A stretch of DNA of 64,000 nt from an uncultured Clostridium sp. Lineage in GTDB: Bacteria > Bacillota > Clostridia > TANB77 > CAG-508. The stretch's first letter is position 1. Each line of letters opens with the position of its first letter. The stretch lies in NCBI GenBank assembly GCA_947368535.1, contig CANBHY010000005.1, positions 65,117-129,116 on the forward strand. The letters run 5' to 3'. The position numbers were made by a program, and so were the translations under genes. Shown one piece after another: positions 10,131 to 21,163 of this stretch. The notes under the pieces are model-generated. The model did no database searches and was not told where the DNA came from. It saw nothing but the letters and a program-made list of their open reading frames with translations.

Positions 10131-10160
10131 AGAGCCAGTTGGAACCCCAACTGGCTTTTC
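10131..10160. terminator. Bidirectional terminator
   Basis: AGCCAGTTGG-AACC-CCAACTGGCT hairpin. Confidence 0.7.
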
Positions 10161-10179
10161 ATATTGCTTTTTTCTGTAT

Positions 10180-10446
10180 TCAGTTTTTCTGCTTAATCTT
10201 TACTATAGCATTTTTGCCATCTATCCATCTGATTTTTATATCAGCGTTTTGATTAAAAAAATCCATATTGATAATAGTTTCAATACTTGGAATCTCCTCG
10301 CTTAATCCAGATGAACTTGTTGCATATTCTGCTACTTTTTGCAACACTCCTTTTCCTTCAATAGGCTTATTTGATTTTATTATAATCTTTCGCCCATCGA
10401 CGTTTACCTGCTTTTCGTATACTTTGCATCTTCGTTTCCGAAAAAT
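10180..10446 (-). CDS. 88-aa orphan protein with ATT start (absent from the ORF track)
   Basis: TGTTATAAT -10, AGGAGGTG RBS, ATT start, open frame IFRKRRCKVYEKQ...KIKQKN to TGA, then hairpin. Confidence 0.6.
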   Translation of the reverse strand: MFRKRRCKVYEKQVNVDGRKIIIKSNKPIEGKGVLQKVAEYATSSSGLSEEIPSIETIINMDFFNQNADIKIRWIDGKNAIVKIKQKN

Positions 10447-10551
10447 AGTAACACCTCCTAATACTTGTTCTTAGGTATTATAACATACTTTTCTTAAACA
10501 TTTATTAAAAATTTTTATATTATTATAAAACTAAGCGAGCTTAAGATTATC

Positions 10552-10725
10552 TTAAACTCGCTTTTTTATCATTTTCAATGCTTTAGGTCTTTCAATCATT
10601 ATGCAATGTCCGCATCCCATGCATTCTAACTTAAAGTCCACACCTATTCTTATTATCTTCCACTCTTTACTCCCACATGGATGTTGTTTTTTAGTTACTA
10701 CTATGTCTCCTACATTAAATTCCAT
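10552..10725 (-). CDS. DUF951 family protein (57 aa, absent from the ORF track)
   Basis: MEFNVGDIVVTKKQHPCGSKEWKIIRIGVDFKLECMGCGH; AAGGAG RBS. Confidence 0.9.
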   Translation of the reverse strand: MEFNVGDIVVTKKQHPCGSKEWKIIRIGVDFKLECMGCGHCIMIERPKALKMIKKRV

Positions 10726-10778
10726 ATTTTCTCCTTAATAACGGCAAATGCACAGCTTTCGCTGTGCTCGCCTTCTCT

Positions 10779-11192
10779 TTAAAATCTACTGACGCTGATT
10801 TCCAGTACCTCAATGGTTCTTTCTGTATTGAAGTTTTTTCCAGGTTTTGTTTCGACCTTTGGCATACCATTTTCCTCATCCATTGTGATATGAATAGAAA
10901 ATGGACACATAGCCTCAAAGTTTTCTTTTTCCTGATCGTAGGAAAAGTGAACCTTTACTGAGGTGATTTCTTCTTCGAACAGCTTTTCAATTCGCTGGCA
11001 GATTTCTTTTTCGGATGCTTCATTTTCATCACCCATTATATCTCTGATCCGGCTTAAAATCTGTTCTTCTGTCGCCTTGGAGCACCATGTATTCAGCAAC
11101 ACCCGTACTCCGGTGACTGTAAGGCCATTATTTTCCTCTTGCTGAACTCTGTTTCTTTCAATTCTGTAATGATTTGTTTTGAATAGTGCCAT
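10779..11192 (-). CDS. Orphan hypothetical protein, atypical codon usage
   Basis: Own promoter TTTACA-17-TATAAT, AAGGAGG RBS before MALFK, GC-rich hairpin after stop. Confidence 0.7.
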   Translation of the reverse strand: MALFKTNHYRIERNRVQQEENNGLTVTGVRVLLNTWCSKATEEQILSRIRDIMGDENEASEKEICQRIEKLFEEEITSVKVHFSYDQEKENFEAMCPFSIHITMDEENGMPKVETKPGKNFNTERTIEVLEISVSRF

Positions 11193-11254
11193 AATAATTG
11201 CCTCCTTATTTTTGCTCATTATTTATTATAGCATTCTTTACATTTTATGTAAAG

Positions 11255-12877
11255 TTATGCTAATCTTTCTAGTACTTCTTTTTCTCCTAATACTTGCATT
11301 ATTTCATAAAGGTCTGGTGTGTTTGCTCTTCCTGTTAATGTTATTCTAATAACTGTACTTATATCTCCAACATGACCTTTGTAGTTTTCTGGATTTGCTT
11401 TATATTCTTTTACTTCTCTAGCATATCCTAATTTTTCTGCTAAGTCTTTCATTTTATCAAACCATGTTTGTTTGTCATCATTTATATCAAAATAATTAGT
11501 TATATATTCTGTTACAATTTTTTTGATTTCCTCTTTATCATTTATTTTTTGATATTCGAAATCTTTTATTTTTGCAAATTTATCTTTGTACATATAACTA
11601 ATATTATCTTTTACTTCTGACCATTTTGAAATGTCTTTTCTTGGTTTAGCATTTTCTCTTTCTATTCCTAAAACTTTTAGTGAGTATTCTTTATCATCTA
11701 ACATTTCTTTTAGTTCTTGATCATATTTTTCTGCCCAAGCATATGAAAAATCATAAACTTCTTGTGCTGTAAATCTTGATATAACTCCTTTAGCTACATC
11801 TAATAATTTTATTGTATCAAATAAAGCTCCACTTACTCCCATTTTATTTAAATTGAATTCAAAGTCTTCCATCATATCTTTATCAGGATTTTGTTTTCTC
11901 CATATTTCAAAATTTGAATTTGCTATATTCATTAAATATTCTTTTAAAGCTTCTTTTGGTATACCTTCTTCTGTATAATAAGAAACTGCTGCTTCTGGAT
12001 CTTTTCTTTTACTCAACTTTCTTCTTGATTCCTCTTCTGCTTTTTCTAATGGAGCTGTATGCGCAAATTTTGGGACTTTAAATCCAAGTACTTGAAATAG
12101 TTGTATATGTAAAGGAACTGATGATAGCCATTCATCACTACGTGTTACTAATGTTGTATGCATTAGATGATCATCTACTGCATGTGCAAAATGATATGTT
12201 GGAAGTCCATCAGATTTTATAATAACTATATCTTGGTCATTTTCTGGCATATCTATTCCACCTTTAATGACATCTTTTATTTTTATTTTTTTATCTGGAT
12301 TTCCTGGTGATTTAAATCTTACTATGTATGGATCACCATTTTTTATTTTCTCTATCGCCATATCTACAGGCATATTTCTACATTTTGCCCATTTTCCGAA
12401 ATATCCTGTTCTTTCTTGTGCTTTAGTTTGATTTTCTCTTATTGTATCTAATTCTTCTGTTGAACAAAAACATGGATATGCATTTCCTTCTTCTACTAAT
12501 TTCTTGGCATATGCTTTATAGATTTCTTTTCTCTCACTTTGGATGTATGGTCCATAGTTTCCTTTATCTACTGTTTCATCTGGATATAAATCATAGTCTT
12601 TATATGCATTTAAAATTTCTTCTGTTCCATTTTCAATCTTTCTTTTTTGATCTGTATCTTCTATTCTTACAAAAAATACGCCTTCTGTTTGCTTAGCTAT
12701 TTTTTTAGCTATTAATCCTTGGAAAATACCTCCTACATGTATAAATCCAGTTGGACTTGGTGCAACTCTTACTACTTGTGCTCCTTCTTTTAATTCTCTT
12801 TCAGGATATTTTTCTTCATAATATGATACATCCTTTACATCAGGAAATATTAAATCAGCTAATTCTTTTCTATCCAT
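11255..12877 (-). CDS. gltX: Glutamate-tRNA ligase
   Basis: APSPTGFIHVG, RIEDTDQ, PTYHFAHAVDDH, KLSKR. Confidence 0.96.
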   Translation of the reverse strand: MDRKELADLIFPDVKDVSYYEEKYPERELKEGAQVVRVAPSPTGFIHVGGIFQGLIAKKIAKQTEGVFFVRIEDTDQKRKIENGTEEILNAYKDYDLYPDETVDKGNYGPYIQSERKEIYKAYAKKLVEEGNAYPCFCSTEELDTIRENQTKAQERTGYFGKWAKCRNMPVDMAIEKIKNGDPYIVRFKSPGNPDKKIKIKDVIKGGIDMPENDQDIVIIKSDGLPTYHFAHAVDDHLMHTTLVTRSDEWLSSVPLHIQLFQVLGFKVPKFAHTAPLEKAEEESRRKLSKRKDPEAAVSYYTEEGIPKEALKEYLMNIANSNFEIWRKQNPDKDMMEDFEFNLNKMGVSGALFDTIKLLDVAKGVISRFTAQEVYDFSYAWAEKYDQELKEMLDDKEYSLKVLGIERENAKPRKDISKWSEVKDNISYMYKDKFAKIKDFEYQKINDKEEIKKIVTEYITNYFDINDDKQTWFDKMKDLAEKLGYAREVKEYKANPENYKGHVGDISTVIRITLTGRANTPDLYEIMQVLGEKEVLERLA

Positions 12878-12895
12878 ATTTATTTCTCCTTTTTA

Positions 12896-14851
12896 TTAAA
12901 CTTCCATAATTATTGGTAAAATCATTGGATTTCTTTTTGTTTTTGCAAATATATAATCTCTTAATGAATCTTTTAATCTCGATTTAATTGTTGTCCAATC
13001 TCTTATTCCGCTTTCTTCTAGTTTTGCTACTTCTTCTCTTAGCATTCTTTTTACATCTTCCATTAAATTTTCTGATTCACGTACATATACGAATCCTCTT
13101 GAAATTACATCTGGTCCTGCAACGATTTCTCCTGTTGCTTCATCCATTGACATTACAACTATTATTAGACCATCTTGTGATAAGTGTTGTCTATCTCTTA
13201 AAACTATGTTTCCAACATCTCCAACACCTAGACCGTCTACCATTATTTTTCCAAATGCAACTGTTCCTGTTAATGATGCTTCATCTTCATTTAATTCTAA
13301 TATTCTTCCATTAGTTGTTAAGAATATATTTTCTGGTTTTACACCTACTTTTTTAGCTGTTTCACTGTGTGCAATTAGTTGTCTATATTCACCATGTACT
13401 GGTATAAAATATTTTGGTCTTATTAATGATAGCATTAATTTTTGTTCTTCTTGACACGCATGTCCTGAAACGTGAATATCTTCTAAAGAGCTATATACAA
13501 CTTCTGCTCCTATTTTCATTAAATCATCTATTACTTTTGCTACGTATTTTTCATTTCCTGGTATTGGATTTGCAGATATGATTACTAAGTCATTTGGTGT
13601 TATTGTTACTTTTTTGTGATCACCAGTAGCCATTCTTGTTAGTGCTGACATTGTTTCTCCTTGGCTTCCTGTTGTTATTATTACTAGTTGATCATCTGTA
13701 TAATTTTTTATCATATCTATGTCTATAAATACGTTTTCAGGTACATTTATATACCCTAGTTCCATTGCAGTTGATATCATGTTTATCATACTTCTTCCAC
13801 ATACTGCAATTTTTCTTTTATTTGCAACTGCTGAATTAACAATTTGTTGAACTCTGTGTACGTTTGATGCAAAAGTTGCAACCACAATTCTTTTTGTGCA
13901 ATTGAAAAATAATTTGTCTAATACTTCTCCAACTGTGCTTTCAGACATTGTGTATCCTTTTCTTTCTGCATTTGTACTATCTGACATTAATGCTAGAACA
14001 CCTTTGTTTCCAAGTTCTGCAAGTCTTCCAAAGTCCATTCTTTCGTCATCTATTGGTGTATAGTCTATCTTAAAGTCTCCAGTATGTACTACTGTTCCTG
14101 CTGGTGTATGTATTGCTAGTACTACAGCATCTGGTATACTATGACAGCTTCTTATAAATTCTACTCTCAATTTTCCTAAAGTTATTGTTTGACCTTGGTT
14201 TACTACTTTTAATTTTGTACTTTTTAACAATTTATGTTCTTCTAGTTTATGACTTATTAATCCTGCTGTTAATTTTGTTGCATAAATTGGTACATTAATT
14301 TTTTGTAATAAATATGGTATTGCCCCAATATGATCTTCATGACCATGTGTTATTACTAAACCTCTTATTTTGTCTTTATTTTTCTCTAAGTATGAAAAGT
14401 CTGGTATAACTAGATCTATTCCTAACATATCATCTTCTGGAAATGCTAAACCGCAGTCTACTACCACTATATCGTCTCCATATTCAAATACAGTAATATT
14501 TTTTCCTATTTCTTGGATTCCACCAAGAGGTATAATTTTTAGTTTTTCTTTTTTAAACTTAAATCCTGTTTCTTCTTTTTTATTTGCTAACTTTCTAGTT
14601 TTTCTTGGTCTATTTAAGTTTTGAACCTTCTCTTTAACTACTTTTTCTGTTTTTGGTACATTTACATTTTCTTTTTGCATTTTAGCATTTTTTAAATCTT
14701 GTGTTATTTCTTGTAATGTCCTTTCTTTAGTATTTACCTTATTTGTTTTTTGCCCTTGGTTTGTTTTCTTTCTTGTGCTTGCAATTCTATTATTTCTTGG
14801 ATTATTTCTTTTAATCGCACTTATAGAATTGTTTTTCTCGTTGTTTTCCAT
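12896..14851 (-). CDS. rnj: Ribonuclease J
   Basis: PLGG..EIGKN, HGHEDHIG, TGSQGE, HVSGHA; about 100-aa basic N-terminal extension. Confidence 0.97.
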   Translation of the reverse strand: MENNEKNNSISAIKRNNPRNNRIASTRKKTNQGQKTNKVNTKERTLQEITQDLKNAKMQKENVNVPKTEKVVKEKVQNLNRPRKTRKLANKKEETGFKFKKEKLKIIPLGGIQEIGKNITVFEYGDDIVVVDCGLAFPEDDMLGIDLVIPDFSYLEKNKDKIRGLVITHGHEDHIGAIPYLLQKINVPIYATKLTAGLISHKLEEHKLLKSTKLKVVNQGQTITLGKLRVEFIRSCHSIPDAVVLAIHTPAGTVVHTGDFKIDYTPIDDERMDFGRLAELGNKGVLALMSDSTNAERKGYTMSESTVGEVLDKLFFNCTKRIVVATFASNVHRVQQIVNSAVANKRKIAVCGRSMINMISTAMELGYINVPENVFIDIDMIKNYTDDQLVIITTGSQGETMSALTRMATGDHKKVTITPNDLVIISANPIPGNEKYVAKVIDDLMKIGAEVVYSSLEDIHVSGHACQEEQKLMLSLIRPKYFIPVHGEYRQLIAHSETAKKVGVKPENIFLTTNGRILELNEDEASLTGTVAFGKIMVDGLGVGDVGNIVLRDRQHLSQDGLIIVVMSMDEATGEIVAGPDVISRGFVYVRESENLMEDVKRMLREEVAKLEESGIRDWTTIKSRLKDSLRDYIFAKTKRNPMILPIIMEV

Positions 14852-15296
14852 TATTTTGTTTCCTCCTAAAATTTTATCTAAAAATAGTATATAAAATAAA
14901 TCATCTTCTGTAATAATTTTAATTACAATATTATTTAGTCATAGCTAAATAAAACTCTTTATATCTAATTGATATAAGGAGTTTAATGATTCTTTTTCCG
15001 TTCATTCTTTATTTTATAAATTATATTCCCATCTCATTATAATTTATTTAAACTTCAAATATAAAACAATTTTATTATTGCTTGATTTTTTTATTATTTA
15101 ATTTTTCCGAACCATTATCTCTTTTTATTTTTATATACATCTCTTCTTATCGCCTCATGCGATACAACTGTATGCATTATACTATTTTTTTACTTGTTTG
15201 TCAATTTTTATATACCGCTTATATTAGTATACATAATATTGTTTGTTTTTCTCTTTTGTGGTATACTATATATATGACTAATAGGAGGTTCCTTGT

Positions 15297-15776
15297 ATGA
15301 AGGAAAAGACATTTGATGGTCTTACCATCAGAAAACTCAAGACCAAAGATGCAGCCAATTTTGCTAAAATTTCCAACGGTCTGGGGATGGCTCAATATTT
15401 ATCGTATTTTCGTGCTAAAAATGTTTCTGAGGCGGAAAATATTATCGTCAAGAACAATCGGAATGGATATGCGATGTATGGGCTTTTCGTAAGACGTATC
15501 GGTCTAGTTTCTGTTTTTTATGTGTCACCGCCTAACTCTTCTGGTGGTGCTGAAATCAGTTACTTTACTGGTGAGGATTACTTTGGTAATGATTATGCTT
15601 CACGTGGTGTTCAGCTTTTGGCTCAAACTCTTAGCAAAAACATTTCTTATTTTACTTTTGCTATTAAAGAGGAAAATGATGCCAGTCTTGCTGTGCAAAG
15701 TAAACTCGGTTCTAAGGAATTTTCATCTTCTACCCGAGCGTATCGGCATTTTCTTTACAATTTTAACAGGCTGTAA
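15297..15776 (+). CDS. GNAT (RimJ/RimL-like) acetyltransferase, atypical codon usage
   Basis: LTIRKL, AEISYF.GEDYFG.DYAS, ENDASLAV..KLG; own extended -10, AGGAGG and terminator. Confidence 0.7.
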   Translation: MKEKTFDGLTIRKLKTKDAANFAKISNGLGMAQYLSYFRAKNVSEAENIIVKNNRNGYAMYGLFVRRIGLVSVFYVSPPNSSGGAEISYFTGEDYFGNDYASRGVQLLAQTLSKNISYFTFAIKEENDASLAVQSKLGSKEFSSSTRAYRHFLYNFNRL

Positions 15777-15790
15777 TATGGCAAAAAAAA

Positions 15791-15830
15791 TGGGCACGGT
15801 TACCAATTCCGTGCCTACTTTCTTTTTTTT
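15791..15830. terminator. Bidirectional terminator with TTACCAATT loop
   Basis: GGCACGG-TTACCAATT-CCGTGCC flanked by A and T runs. Confidence 0.75.
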
Positions 15831-15874
15831 ATATCTTTATATTTTATATTTTTCCTATGTGATGTGTATATTTT

Positions 15875-17032
15875 CTATCCAAATATCCCACGTTTTTTTA
15901 TTGGTGGTTGTTCATTCATTGTCTGTGCTAATTTTGTTATTAATTCTCTTTGTTCTGGAGTTAATTTTTTAGGAATTTGAACATTTACTGTGAATACAAA
16001 ATCGCCTTTCCAATTTCCATTTATGCTTTTGAATCCTTTTCCTTTTAAAACAAATTTTGAACCTGTTTGAGTTCCTTCTGGAATTTTATATTTTTCTTTT
16101 GTTCCATCTACTAATGGAATTTCAATTTCTGTTCCTAAAGTTGCTCCTGTAAATGTTATTGGTATATCACATAATACATGATCTGCTTTTCTTGTATATA
16201 TACTATGTTTTTTTACATGGACATTTATATATAAATCTCCATTTGGTCCACCTTTACTTCCTGGTTCACCTTCTCCTCTAAGTACTACTGTTTGACCATC
16301 ATCAATTCCTTCTGGAATTTTTACTTTTATTTTAGCTGATTCTCTAACAGTTCCTTTTCCTTTACAGTCTTGACATGGTTCTTTTATTATTTTTCCTTCT
16401 CCACCACAATTTGAACAAACTTTTTGAGTTGACATTTGTCCAAATGGTGTTGTTACTACTTGTTTTATTTTTCCTGTTCCATTACATACTTGGCAAGTTA
16501 TTGGATTTGTTCCTGGTTTTGCTCCAGTTCCATGACAGTGTTCACATTTTTTATTTCTGTTTATGCTTATAGTTTTTTCTACACCTTTATATGATTCTTC
16601 AAAGGTTATCTCTAGGTTTAGTTTTAAATCAGCTCCTTTTCTAGGACCATTTCTTTTTTTAGTTCCTCCACCAAAAGCTGCTGAAAAAATATCTCCGAAG
16701 CTACCAAATCCAAAATCTTCAAATCCTGAAAATCCACCAAAGCCGTCAAAGCCTGATCCGTATGAATAGTATCCTCCTCCGTTTTGTCCGCCAAAGCCTT
16801 GTGGTCCTTCATGTCCAAATTGATCGTACATCTGTCTTTTTTGTTTATCTGATAATACTTCATATGCTTCACTTATTTCTTTAAATTTAGCTTCTGCTTC
16901 TTTTTTATTATCTGGATTAGCGTCTGGATGGTATTTTTTTGCTAGTTTTCTATATGCTCTTTTTAATTCATCATCAGAAGCATTTTTATCTACTCCTAGT
17001 ACTTCATAATAGTCTCTTTTTCCGCTAGCCAT
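15875..17032 (-). CDS. dnaJ: Chaperone DnaJ
   Basis: J domain with HPD, G/F region, four CxxCxGxG repeats. Confidence 0.98.
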   Translation of the reverse strand: MASGKRDYYEVLGVDKNASDDELKRAYRKLAKKYHPDANPDNKKEAEAKFKEISEAYEVLSDKQKRQMYDQFGHEGPQGFGGQNGGGYYSYGSGFDGFGGFSGFEDFGFGSFGDIFSAAFGGGTKKRNGPRKGADLKLNLEITFEESYKGVEKTISINRNKKCEHCHGTGAKPGTNPITCQVCNGTGKIKQVVTTPFGQMSTQKVCSNCGGEGKIIKEPCQDCKGKGTVRESAKIKVKIPEGIDDGQTVVLRGEGEPGSKGGPNGDLYINVHVKKHSIYTRKADHVLCDIPITFTGATLGTEIEIPLVDGTKEKYKIPEGTQTGSKFVLKGKGFKSINGNWKGDFVFTVNVQIPKKLTPEQRELITKLAQTMNEQPPIKKRGIFG

Positions 17033-17045
17033 TTTTCCTCCTCGT

Positions 17046-17158
17046 GTTAAAAACTATAGTTTCAGCTGTGTCAAAGAGCATTTGAAATGCTACTTTTCAT
17101 ATATGAATATGCTTTCGCTTTTCAAATACTCTTCTCCTTGCTAAAATTTATTTTTAAC
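17046..17158. repeat. Long imperfect palindrome (MITE/REP-like element or structured RNA) between dnaK and dnaJ
   Basis: GTTAAAAA...TTTTTAAC ends; inner stem GAGCATTTGAAA/TTTCAAATACTC. Confidence 0.5.
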
Positions 17159-17177
17159 TTATCTTTTCCAATTTTCT

Positions 17178-19100
<1,923 letters not shown>

Positions 19101-19121
19101 TTATATTTTAAAAATTAATAA

Positions 19122-19631
19122 CTAATTTGCAACTATTACCATAGAATGTCTTATTACTTTATTTCCTATGATATAGCCTTTTCTAAATTCTTCTTTTATT
19201 ATATTTTGTCCTAATTTTTCATCTGTTATGTGACTAACAGCTTCATGAAGTTCTGGATCGAATGGTTTTCCAACAGTTTCAATTTCCTTTACTCCATGAT
19301 ATGTTAAAGTGTCTTTTAACTGTTTTAATACCATTTTTATTCCTTCTTCATAAGCTGTATCTTTTGTTCCTGTTGATATTGCTTTTTCAAGATTATCTAT
19401 TATTGGTAATATGCTCATCATTATATCTGATACTAGCATATTTCTTAATGATTCTCTTTCTTTTATGTTTCTTTTTTTGTAATTTTCAAATTCTGCAAAT
19501 AGTCTTTTATATCTATCATTCATTTCTTCTAATTCATTAGTTGTTTCTTGATTTTCTACTATTTCTGGTTGTTTTATTTCTGTCTCTTCTACTTTGTTTT
19601 CCACATTTTCGTTTTCTTGATTTTCTGCCAT
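19122..19631 (-). CDS. grpE: Nucleotide exchange factor GrpE
   Basis: AEFENYKKR, FDPELHEA, KGY...VIRHSMV; operon position. Confidence 0.96.
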   Translation of the reverse strand: MAENQENENVENKVEETEIKQPEIVENQETTNELEEMNDRYKRLFAEFENYKKRNIKERESLRNMLVSDIMMSILPIIDNLEKAISTGTKDTAYEEGIKMVLKQLKDTLTYHGVKEIETVGKPFDPELHEAVSHITDEKLGQNIIKEEFRKGYIIGNKVIRHSMVIVAN

Positions 19632-19651
19632 TTTATCCCTTCTTTCTTTAT

Positions 19652-20659
19652 TTATTCGTCATGATCTTCTTTTAGCTTTTTACTTATATATTTCATTATT
19701 GAAATAACTTTAGAATAATCCATTCTTGTTGGTCCGATTATTCCTATTGTTCCTATATCTTTATCTCCTAATAGATGATTAAATGTTACTACACTAAAAT
19801 CTTTTAGTTTTTCATCTTGTAATTCTTCTCCAATATAAACATTTATATCTTCTGCTACTCCTGTATTTAATACTTCTGAAACTAAATCTTTTGCATCTAA
19901 AACATTCATAAAGTTTTTTGCTAGTTCTGCTTTTTGAAATTCTGGTAAGTCAAAAGCTTTATTAGTTCCTTCTAATATTAAGTCATCATGTTCTTTAAAG
20001 ATTTTATTTATTTCATCTATAATTTTTTGAATTATAGAAATACTATTTTTCATTTCATTTGTAATAAATTCTTCAATATTACCACCTAGTTCATCTATTG
20101 GTTTTCCTACCATGTGATTAGCAAAAATAGTATTTAAATTTTTTATTTGCTCTTCTGTTACATCTTCATCGAATTTTATGATAGCCTCTCTTATTATTCC
20201 TGAATCTGTTAGTATTATTGCCATCATTACTCTACTTCCAAGCAATACAAATTTTACGTCTAGTATTGTGTGTGTTTCTATTTTTGGACCTATTGCAATT
20301 GTAGTATAATGTGTTAATTCTGAAAGTGTTGTTGTTGCAATTTTAGTAAGGTCTTCTAATTCATTTACTGTAGTTTCTAGTTTATTTTTTATGTATTGCA
20401 TTTCTTTTGCTGTTAATTTGTCATCTCTTAATAGTTCATCTATATAATATCTATATCCTTTTTGTGATGGTATTCTTCCTGCTGACGTATATGGCTTTTC
20501 TAAGAAACCTATTTTTTCAAGTTCTGCCATATCATTTCTGATTGTTGCACTACTACAGTTTAATTCTTTAACTAGATTTCCTGAACTTACGGGTTCTGCT
20601 GTATCAATATATTCTTCAACAATAGCTTGAAGTATTTTTTTCTTTCTATTATCAAGCAT
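19652..20659 (-). CDS. hrcA: Heat-inducible repressor HrcA
   Basis: SSATIRNDMA, TSAGRIPS, IIGPTRMDY. Confidence 0.97.
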   Translation of the reverse strand: MLDNRKKKILQAIVEEYIDTAEPVSSGNLVKELNCSSATIRNDMAELEKIGFLEKPYTSAGRIPSQKGYRYYIDELLRDDKLTAKEMQYIKNKLETTVNELEDLTKIATTTLSELTHYTTIAIGPKIETHTILDVKFVLLGSRVMMAIILTDSGIIREAIIKFDEDVTEEQIKNLNTIFANHMVGKPIDELGGNIEEFITNEMKNSISIIQKIIDEINKIFKEHDDLILEGTNKAFDLPEFQKAELAKNFMNVLDAKDLVSEVLNTGVAEDINVYIGEELQDEKLKDFSVVTFNHLLGDKDIGTIGIIGPTRMDYSKVISIMKYISKKLKEDHDE

Positions 20660-20676
20660 TTTTATTTCCCCTTTTA

Positions 20677-20757
20677 TTAGCAGTTTTATTATTCGTCTGC
20701 TAATTTCATATATATATATTATATCCTATTTTAGCAATTGTCAATACATATTGCTAA
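20677..20757. promoter_or_regulatory. Two degenerate CIRCE elements (20677-20703, 20731-20757) at the hrcA promoter
   Basis: Two 27-bp TTAGCA-N15-TGCTAA inverted repeats; the second overlaps a minus-strand TTGACA. Confidence 0.8.
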
Positions 20758-20870
20758 AATTATTTTTTATTTTTTCTATTATGTTCTAAAATTATTTTTT
20801 TCTTTCTTTTATTGACATTTTTCGACAAGATTATATAATTATGAAGATAAAATTTATCAGGAGGTAGACG

Positions 20871-21089
20871 ATGAACCAGTCTGATTTAACAAGATTTGAT
20901 CAACTCTTTCGTATTGCTTTCGATGCAAATGGAGCTTTAAAATCTAACTGTTCTGATGAATTAAAGCGGCGTTTGATTGAGGCTTGCCAGCGGGTTAACC
21001 CTAACATGCGATATGGTAATTCCGCTTCTAGGAATGTTTCTATGAATGCTAATTTAATCGTATCTCTTCATAAGGAGTATTTCTCCTAA
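20871..21089 (+). CDS. 72-aa hypothetical protein inserted between hemW and hrcA
   Basis: TTGACA/TATAAT promoter, AGGAGG RBS, hairpin GGGCATCA/TGGTGCTC plus T-run. Confidence 0.7.
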   Translation: MNQSDLTRFDQLFRIAFDANGALKSNCSDELKRRLIEACQRVNPNMRYGNSASRNVSMNANLIVSLHKEYFS

Positions 21090-21163
21090 TCTATTTTGGG
21101 CATCAGCTATGGTGCTCTTTTCTTTATTTCATATGAAAAAGGTATCATATAATCTGATACCTT

